Shown here: piece by piece, positions 48,238-54,747 of the stretch | Numbering within the stretch: the first letter of the stretch is position 1 | Layout of the letters: each line of letters opens with the position of its first letter | Source: a virus | Lineage: Duplodnaviria; Caudoviricetes | IMG/VR virus record: IMGVR_UViG_3300037071_003643 | Location: 1 to 54,747 of that record | Reading direction: 5' to 3' (one strand) | Length of the DNA stretch: 54,747 bases | Notes under the pieces: model-generated | Databases searched by the model: none | Seen by the model: the letters and a program-made list of their open reading frames with translations, nothing else | What the model was told of the DNA's origin: nothing | Program-made: the position numbers and the translations under genes

Positions 48238-48423
48238 ATGCTGCCGATACTGATCGTCTCCCTCTGCTCGCTCGTCGCGCAGCTCGTCGTCGTCAAGCTC
48301 ATGTGCATCGCCGACGACGCGCGCCTGGTGGATCGACACTGGGCGCGCGTCGTCGCTCGACGTCGAGCCGTCGCCTGGGACCCCTGGTGGTCGCAGCACC
48401 GAGGAGCCACTGGACGCGAATGA
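48238..48423 (+). CDS. Small membrane protein
   Basis: Hydrophobic N-terminus; AAGGAG upstream. Confidence 0.4.
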   Translation: MLPILIVSLCSLVAQLVVVKLMCIADDARLVDRHWARVVARRRAVAWDPWWSQHRGATGRE

Positions 48424-48476
48424 CACCGATGTTATTATCTGCCTAATCTCCACTCTCCTCCTCTCCGCGAGGTCGT

Positions 48477-48827
48477 ATGCCACGAGCAGCCCAGCGCGCA
48501 TGTGCACAGCCGGGCTGCGGGGGCTTCGCGATCGCCGGTCGCTCTCGCTGTCGAGAGCACGGAGCGTCCCAGCAGCCGCGTCGCCACGACCCGACGCACG
48601 CCGTCTACAAGTCGCCGAGATGGAAGGCGCTGCGGCGTCGAGTACTGAGCGAGGAGCCGGTCTGTCGTCACTGCGGCTCTCGCCCGTCGGTCGTCGTCGA
48701 TCACCTGACGGAGCTCACGGACGGGGGCGACCCGTTCGATCGAGCGAACCTCGCGGGATCCTGTAACGAGTGCAACGTCTCGAAGGGCCAGCGAGCGGCC
48801 CAGCGTCGTAGGAAGGCCTCGGCATGA
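48477..48827 (+). CDS. HNH endonuclease (HK97 gp74-like, terminase-associated)
   Basis: RWKALRRRVLSEEPVCRHC, VVDH, NLAGSCNECN. Confidence 0.88.
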   Translation: MPRAAQRACAQPGCGGFAIAGRSRCREHGASQQPRRHDPTHAVYKSPRWKALRRRVLSEEPVCRHCGSRPSVVVDHLTELTDGGDPFDRANLAGSCNECNVSKGQRAAQRRRKASA

Positions 48828-49042
48828 AGGTGAAGCAGATCACGAGAGAGGTACGAGAGCGCGGCCAGCTCGCCGATCGCACCTGGCCTGCCCAGCGCCG
48901 GACGACCTACGTGCCAGGGCGCATCTGCGTCTACGCCGGCTGCCGATTCCAGCTCTCCCGCTATAACCCCAACCCGACCTGCTGGCAGCACACCAAGCCG
49001 AAGATCGTGACGCGCACCCCGCGCAACGGAGCGACCCTATGA
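48824..49042 (+). CDS. Small Zn-finger protein
   Basis: RICVYAGC...LSRYN...CWQH. Confidence 0.55.
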   Translation: MKVKQITREVRERGQLADRTWPAQRRTTYVPGRICVYAGCRFQLSRYNPNPTCWQHTKPKIVTRTPRNGATL

Positions 49043-49653
49043 CGACGCTCGCGACGCCCCAAGCGCTCGCGGCGATGCGCGGCACGACGTACGACCCGAC
49101 CGATCTCGTGCAGGCGATCTCGCTCGAAGCTGCCTCTGCCGCTGTCCGCGGCTACTGCGATCGCCAGTTCGATTACGTCGAGGACGATGAACTCACGATC
49201 GACGGGAGCGGAGGAGAGGCCCTCCTCCTGCCCGAGCTACCGGTGTACGACGTCGCCGTGACCTACGTGGATCCCGACGGGGACGAGGACGAGGTCGACA
49301 CCGAGGACTACGCGATCGACTTCCCGAACGGCATCCTGTACCGGCACAACGAGGGCTGCTGGACGAGAGGCAGGCAGAACGTTCTCGTGACCTACAGTCA
49401 CGGCTACGTCCTCCCCGACGAGACTCCTCCCGATGGCGTCCAAGCGCTCCCCGACGACCTGCAGATGGTCGTCCTCCAGATCGCGTCTCGCGTCGTCGCG
49501 AATCCCGATGGACGAGCAGCGAGCGCCGAGACCATCGGCAGCTACTCGGTCACCTACGGAGATCGCTCGTCGAACGGCTCGACCGTCCACGCGACGATCC
49601 TGCCGCTGGAGAGCAGCGTCCTCGATCGCTACCGCCTACGGAGCCTGGTATGA
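49039..49653 (+). CDS. Head-tail adaptor (gp6/gp15-like)
   Basis: LEAASAAVRGYCDRQF, VTYSHGY, LPDDLQMVVL, ETIGSYSVTY, LDRYR. Confidence 0.85.
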   Translation: MTTLATPQALAAMRGTTYDPTDLVQAISLEAASAAVRGYCDRQFDYVEDDELTIDGSGGEALLLPELPVYDVAVTYVDPDGDEDEVDTEDYAIDFPNGILYRHNEGCWTRGRQNVLVTYSHGYVLPDETPPDGVQALPDDLQMVVLQIASRVVANPDGRAASAETIGSYSVTYGDRSSNGSTVHATILPLESSVLDRYRLRSLV

Positions 49654-49925
49654 CGCTCGCTCCCGACCTGCAGTTCGAGTTCGCGCACCGCGGTCCCTAC
49701 GCCGTCCTCCTCAGGCGGTCCGAGCCCTGGCCCCGCCACGTGACGATCGGCCACGACTGGCTCGAATGGGCGGGCAACTCCGCCTGGGTGCAGCGCGAGC
49801 CGAACGGCGGAGTCTGGCTCCGTCCCACCGATACGGCGCCCGCTCTCTATCGCTTCGAGCACGCGGCAGACGGCGACGATCACTACCGGCTCGTGGCGGT
49901 CGGCGATCCACCGAGGTTCGTGTGA
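49650..49925 (+). CDS. Hypothetical protein
   Basis: ATGA coupling. Confidence 0.5.
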   Translation: MTLAPDLQFEFAHRGPYAVLLRRSEPWPRHVTIGHDWLEWAGNSAWVQREPNGGVWLRPTDTAPALYRFEHAADGDDHYRLVAVGDPPRFV

Positions 49926-50128
49926 CTGAGCTCCGCGTCGTCGGCGAGACGTCCTGGAGCGGCTGCGCCATCTGCGATCGAGCGGACGAGCACTACCACT
50001 CGATGGAAGAGCTGGGACGCGCGTTCGCCGAGACGACGGGCCTGACGATCCACGATTCCGACTCGCAACGTAACTGGGCAGCCGCGATCGACCTTGGACC
50101 TTCCGTGGACCTTGGACCTTCGGACTGA
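49922..50128 (+). CDS. Small hypothetical protein running into the repeat array
   Basis: GTGA coupling; CAIC...HYH. Confidence 0.45.
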   Translation: MTELRVVGETSWSGCAICDRADEHYHSMEELGRAFAETTGLTIHDSDSQRNWAAAIDLGPSVDLGPSD

Positions 50129-50203
50129 CAGTCGGCTTGGACCTTGGACCTTTGGACCTTGGACCTTGGACCTTGGACCTTGGACCTTGGACCTTGGACC
50201 TTG
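50092..50203 (+). repeat. Tandem heptamer array (TTGGACC)n
   Basis: 7 perfect units at 50152-50200, 2 at 50137-50150, about 3 more at 50094-50118. Confidence 0.95.
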
Positions 50204-50507
50204 CCCGCGTCTCGCGCGCTCGTCTCGATCGACGCTCGCGCGCTCGACGTCGCGATCGCGATCGCGCGCTTCGCTCGCTTCGACGTCTCGCGAGCTTTCG
50301 AGCTTTCGACGATCTCGCGCGCTCGACGCTTCGACGTCGCGATCGCTCGACGCGACTTCGACGCGCTCGAAGATCGACGACGCGCTAGCTCGTCTCGCGC
50401 TCTCTACTAGTAGTCGCTCGACGCGCTCTCTCTAAGCGCTCGTCTCTCGCTCGAACGTACGAGCGCGAAGCGTAAGCTAGAACTAACGCTTTCGTTAGCG
50501 AATACGC

Positions 50508-50536
50508 TAGACGTTCGTTAGCGACTTCGCTAGTCT
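50508..50536 (+). promoter_or_regulatory. Promoter for the 1118-aa ORF
   Basis: TAGACG-ttcgttagcgacttcgc-TAGTCT; near copy of the promoters at 45455 and 47497. Confidence 0.7.
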
Positions 50537-50588
50537 CTCGTTAGTCGCTCGTATCGAGACGAGCGAACGAGAGAAAGAGAGACGAGCC

Positions 50589-53500
50589 ATGATCGAGAAC
50601 GAGAACGAGACGCGAGACGCGATCGAAGCGACGATCGAAGAGCTACGAAGCGAGCGCTACGCGAAGTCGAACGAGCGCGACGCTCGCGACGACGACGTAG
50701 ACGCGATTAGCGAGTCGATCGTAGACGAAGAGACGTACGTCGCGAACGTCGCGAAGCTCTCGAACGTCGAGCGCTTCGACGTCGAAAGCTCGATCGCGTC
50801 GAAGCGCGTCGAGCGCGAGCTAGCTAGTCGCGCGAGCGACGATCTCTCGCGCGAGATTCGCGCGCTCGACGAAGAGATCGAAGAGAAAGTCGCTTATCTC
50901 GCGACGCTCGCGAGCGTCGAACGCGACGTCGCGAGCTACGTCGAAGAGACGCTCGACGACGACGCGCTCGCTCGCGTCGCTCGCGCTTCGCTCGACGACG
51001 CGAAGAGCGAAGAGAGCGACGACGCTTTCGATCGCGAAGAGAGCGACGAAGAGCGCGCGACGCGCGAAGAGATCGAGCGCGAAGAGAACGAGTCGAAGAT
51101 CGACTATCGCGATCTCGACGCTTTCGATCGCGCGTTCGATCGAAGCGACGCTCTCGACGTTCTCGCGAGCGAGCTAGACGCGCTTCGCGATCGCGAGATC
51201 GACGAAGAGCTAGCGCTCTCTCGTTCGCTCGCGATCGTCTACGACGTCGTAAAGAGCGCGCGCGTCGAAGCGACGAACGCTACGAACGTCGCGCGTCGCG
51301 TCGCTCGCGATCGCTTCGACGTCGAGCGCGAAGTCTCGAAGCGCTCGCGCGTCGAAGCTCTCGATCTCGCGCTCTCGATCTTCGAGAGCGTCTACGCGAG
51401 CTACGAATACTCGCGCTACGCGATCGACTTCGAGCGCGTCTACGTCGCTCTCGCGACGATTCGCGACTTCGAGATCGAGAACGAGCGCGACGACGACGAA
51501 GCGACGCTCTCGCTCGAAGAGAGCGACGCGCTCGCTAGCTCGATCGTCTCGAAGAGCGCTTACGAGAACGCGACGACGCGCGAAGAGCGCGACGCTCGCT
51601 CGCTCGCTCGACGCGACGCGATCGCGAACGACGCGAAGCGACGCGAGATCGACTCGACGCTCGAAGAGACGCGCGCGAAGATCGACGAAGCGCGTAAGCG
51701 CTCGATCGCGTTCGCGCGCGAGAGCGAGCGAGCGTTCGAGAACGAGACGAGCGACGCGCTCTCGACGTTCGACGTCGAAGAGTACGCGCGAGACGAAGCG
51801 CGCTACGACGCTTATATCGTCTCGCTCGCTACTCGCGTCGTCGAGACGTTCGACGACGACGCGCTCGACTACGATATCTTCGCGTTCGTCGCTCGCTCGC
51901 TCGACGTCGTAGACGTCGAGAGCGCTCGCGAGAACGAAGCGAGCGAAGAGTATCTCGTCTCTCGCGAGACGTTCGTTAGCGTCGCGAGCGACGTCGTACG
52001 AGTCTCGATCTCGCTCGTCTACGACGAAGCGCTCGAAGAGAACGAAGCGCGCGACGTCGAAGCGATCGTCGCTCGTAAGATCGAAGAGCGCGAGCGCGAA
52101 GAGTTCGCGCGCTCGTTCGAGTTCGTCGATTCGCTCTCGAAGATCGAGCGCGACTACTACGACGCTTTCGAGCGCGACTACTACGAGCGCTACGGCGCTA
52201 ACGAGTACGTAACGACGTCGAGCGACGATATTCTCGGTCGCGTCGTCTACGTAGACGACGATCGAGACGAGACGACGACGCGCGAAGAGCGCGAGAACGA
52301 GACGACGACGCGCGTCTACTTCGAGCGCGATTCGTTCGCGAAGCTCGTTAGCGAGACGACGACGAAGAACGACTCGACGACGCTCGACGAAGCTCGCGCG
52401 CTTATCTCGAAGCTCGAAGCGAGCGTCGCGCTCGTCTCGAAGAGCGACGACGACGAAGCGCTCGACGCTACGCGAGACGAGAGCGAGTACGTCGTCGTAG
52501 AGAACGACGACGCGCGCTCTTACGACGTCGTAGCGCGAGACTCGATCGCGAAGCGCGCGACGCGCTCGTTCGACGACGACGACGACGACGAAAGCGAGAA
52601 CGTCGCGAATAACGACGCGATCGCGACTTACGCGAAAGAGAACGACGTCTCTCTCGCGAGCGCTATCGAGACGTTCGACGTCGTCGAAGAGATCGTCGCG
52701 AACGACGATCGCGTAAGCGACGCGCTCGCTACGAGCGTCGCTCGCGAAGAGCTACGCGAACGCGAGATCGACTTCGACGACGAAGCTCTCTCGAAGCTCG
52801 TAGACGAAGCGATCGCGAAGCGCGACGCGACGACGTACGAGACGAAGCGCGAGAGCGCGCGAGACGTCGCTACGCGAGCGCTCGAAGTCGCGAGCGACGA
52901 AGAGCGCGAAGTCGCGATCGAGATCGAAGCGAAGATCGAGAACGCGCGAGACGTCGAGCGTACGAAGCTCGCGAGAGATCGCGCGCTCGATCGTCTCGAC
53001 GCGCTTACGAGCGCTCGCGAAGTCGTCTACGAGCGACAGTTCGAGCTAGACGAGAGCGAAGAGCGCGACGCTTACGCGCTCGTTCTCGACGATCTCGAAA
53101 GCGCGCTCGACGAAGCGCGCGACGACGTAGACGCGAAGCGCGAACGTCTCGCGTCTCTCTACTTCGTCGAGACGAACGACGACGACGCGAAGAGCGACGA
53201 CGCGAAAGCGAGCGACGCTCTCGAAGCGATCGAGCGCGAGAACGCGAAGATAGACGAAGAGACGAAGCGCGACGACGACGCGACGCGCGAGAGCGCTTCG
53301 ACTTCGTTCGCTCGCGCGATCGCGAGCGCTAACGTCGAATACGCTTACGACGTCGCGTTCGATAACGCGATCGACTTCGAGAACGACGACGACGTAGCTA
53401 TCGACGTCGAAGCGCTTATCGACGATCTCGAAGTCGTCGTCTACGAAGCGTCGCGCGAGATCGAGAACGAGTACGAGCGCGACGTCGTTCGCGAAGTCGT

Positions 53501-53945
53501 CGTCGAGTACGTCGAGACGATTCGCGCGCTAAACGCGACGTCTACGACGAGCGAAGAGACGAAGAGCGCGTCGAGCGTCTCGCTTCGCGACTTCGACGAC
53601 GCGCTACGTATCGAGAACGACGAAGAGCGCGTCGCGAAGCTAACGTCGTTCGCGTCGCGCTCGAAGTCGAAGAGCGATCGAAAGAGCGCGAGCGACGAAG
53701 TCGTGCGCGAGTACGTCGCGAAAGCGCTCGACGATCTCTACGCGAGCGAGATCGAAAGCGCGATCGCGAGCGAGCTAGACGCGAACGACTACGAGAGCGA
53801 CGAAGCGCGACGTATCGCGAAGCGCGAAGCTCTCGTTAGCGCGATCGTCGATACGTCGTCGCTCGCTCTCTACGACGCGAACTACGACGTAGACGAGATC
53901 GAAGAGAACGACGCGCTAGAACGATTCGCGCGCGAGATCGTCTAG
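50589..53945 (+). CDS. Giant acidic protein with restricted alphabet; candidate DNA-mimic anti-defence protein
   Basis: 1118 codons open although TAG/TAA are common in the segment; own promoter, purine-rich RBS, downstream hairpin; function is inference. Confidence 0.8.
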   Translation: MIENENETRDAIEATIEELRSERYAKSNERDARDDDVDAISESIVDEETYVANVAKLSNVERFDVESSIASKRVERELASRASDDLSREIRALDEEIEEKVAYLATLASVERDVASYVEETLDDDALARVARASLDDAKSEESDDAFDREESDEERATREEIEREENESKIDYRDLDAFDRAFDRSDALDVLASELDALRDREIDEELALSRSLAIVYDVVKSARVEATNATNVARRVARDRFDVEREVSKRSRVEALDLALSIFESVYASYEYSRYAIDFERVYVALATIRDFEIENERDDDEATLSLEESDALASSIVSKSAYENATTREERDARSLARRDAIANDAKRREIDSTLEETRAKIDEARKRSIAFARESERAFENETSDALSTFDVEEYARDEARYDAYIVSLATRVVETFDDDALDYDIFAFVARSLDVVDVESARENEASEEYLVSRETFVSVASDVVRVSISLVYDEALEENEARDVEAIVARKIEEREREEFARSFEFVDSLSKIERDYYDAFERDYYERYGANEYVTTSSDDILGRVVYVDDDRDETTTREERENETTTRVYFERDSFAKLVSETTTKNDSTTLDEARALISKLEASVALVSKSDDDEALDATRDESEYVVVENDDARSYDVVARDSIAKRATRSFDDDDDDESENVANNDAIATYAKENDVSLASAIETFDVVEEIVANDDRVSDALATSVAREELREREIDFDDEALSKLVDEAIAKRDATTYETKRESARDVATRALEVASDEEREVAIEIEAKIENARDVERTKLARDRALDRLDALTSAREVVYERQFELDESEERDAYALVLDDLESALDEARDDVDAKRERLASLYFVETNDDDAKSDDAKASDALEAIERENAKIDEETKRDDDATRESASTSFARAIASANVEYAYDVAFDNAIDFENDDDVAIDVEALIDDLEVVVYEASREIENEYERDVVREVVVEYVETIRALNATSTTSEETKSASSVSLRDFDDALRIENDEERVAKLTSFASRSKSKSDRKSASDEVVREYVAKALDDLYASEIESAIASELDANDYESDEARRIAKREALVSAIVDTSSLALYDANYDVDEIEENDALERFAREIV

Positions 53946-53976
53946 CGCGCTCGATCGCGCTAGAACGAGCGAGCTA

Positions 53977-54000
53977 AGAGCGACGCGAGAGCGTCGCTCT
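53977..54000 (+). terminator. Terminator-like hairpin
   Basis: AGAGCGACGC-GAGA-GCGTCGCTCT, 10-bp stem with GNRA loop; no U tract. Confidence 0.55.
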
Positions 54001-54489
54001 CTCGCTGTCTAAGCTCGTCTAAGCGTCGCGCGATACGTCGTTAGTCTCTCGTACTAGCTCGCGCGCTCGACGTCTCTACGTCGCTTAGAGAGCGCTACGC
54101 GCGATCTCGCTTCGCGCTCTCTCGACGTCTCTAAGCGATCGACGCTCGCTCGCGTACGTCTACTCGTCTCGCGATCGCGCGTCGCTTAGACGCGCTCTCG
54201 TAGCGCTACGCGCTCGCTCTCGATCGACGACGCGATCTCGAAGCTCTACGCGCTCGCGCTAGAACGCGCGCTCGATCGTCTCTCGCTCGACGCGCGCTTC
54301 GCTTCGTCGCGCTCTCGATCTCGACGCTACGCGCTCGTCTACGTCGAACGTCTACTCGTACGCGCTCGCTCGCTCGTCTAGCGTAGAGAGCGGCCTAAGC
54401 GACGCTACGACGTCGAGACGCGACGCTCGTACGAGACGCGACGACGCTATCTCGATCGCTTAGAACGCTCGGCCTAAGCCACGAGGCGC

Positions 54490-54548
54490 GAAAGCTAGCG
54501 ACGATTCGACGAAACCTAGCGCTAGCTTCGACGTCGAGAAAGCTAGCG
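54490..54548 (-). repeat. Inverted copies of the left-end repeat
   Basis: GAAAGCTAGCG 54490, GAAACCTAGCG 54511, GAAAGCTAGCG 54538, the reverse complements of CGCTAGSTTTC. Confidence 0.7.
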
Positions 54549-54747
54549 ATACGTATAGCTTCGCGATCGAGAGTAGCTAGCTTCGAGACGTTCGCGAGAT
54601 ACGTTCTAGCGTAAGCGATACGAGAGAACGAGAGATCGTAAGCGACGCTAAGCGACGACGGCCGAGATAGCTTACGTCGTAAGAGATATCCCAGGGCGGG
54701 GTCGAATCTCTCGGTCCGCCGCGCGGGGATCAGCAAGTCTCTCCTTC

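Larger units (their letters stand above)
50207..54689. other. Terminal segment depleted of CC, GG, CA and TG
   Basis: By eye, exceptions are only GCCATG at the start codon, GG 52194, GG 52236, CA 53037, TG 53704, TG 54006 and a few islands after 54391. Confidence 0.97.

Noticed and set aside
50092-50203. CRISPR array
   Set aside because: 7-bp tandem units, no spacers, no cas genes
50094-50435. ORFs reading LDLGPWT repeats
   Set aside because: Translations of the heptamer array in all three frames, with no RBS
51966-51981. Internal copy of the promoter core AGACGTTCGTTAGCG
   Set aside because: No -10 at the right spacing; GTT AGC is favoured for Val-Ser when CA is excluded
50589-53945. Alternative genetic code as the cause of the missing residues
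   Set aside because: The bias extends across codon boundaries and into non-coding flanks; other genes read normally in code 11
50207-54689. Many short palindromes as individual hairpins or operators
   Set aside because: Expected from the restricted dinucleotide set, which is rich in CG, GC and TCGA
54395-54736. 113-aa reverse ORF
   Set aside because: Low-complexity product crossing the cos-like repeats; weak support, not fully excluded
1-54747. tRNA, rRNA, IS elements, DGR or reverse transcriptase
   Set aside because: None recognised by eye; tRNAscan and HMM searches would be needed to exclude them

Overview
The window looks like a complete or near-complete 54.7 kb, high-GC, HK97-type siphophage genome, probably with an actinobacterial host, opened just upstream of terS. 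The + strand late arm (164-29849) holds packaging and head genes, a five-gene glycosyltransferase/methyltransferase block right after the capsid gene, a Thr-rich mucin-like protein, the tail module and lysis genes. The - strand arm (29914-47086) holds a TAGT/GREB1-like glycosyltransferase, a short C5 cytosine methyltransferase, a GH26-like hydrolase, a replication initiator, ERF, HTH/LuxR regulators and small early genes. A + strand block (47754-50128) holds an SLT transglycosylase, the HNH endonuclease and a displaced head-tail adaptor. I saw no integrase or DNA polymerase. The standout is the terminal ~4.5 kb (50207-54689), which almost entirely lacks the dinucleotides CC, GG, CA and TG in both coding and non-coding DNA. 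It carries one very acidic 1118-aa ORF built from essentially 13 amino acids, with its own promoter and RBS also free of those dinucleotides. It is bounded on the left by a (TTGGACC)n array and on the right by probable cos/terminase repeats. My inference is a first-injected, modification-free or restriction-proof segment delivering an anti-defence DNA mimic, possibly coupled to phage DNA modification elsewhere. All family calls come from motif recognition by eye; no searches were run.
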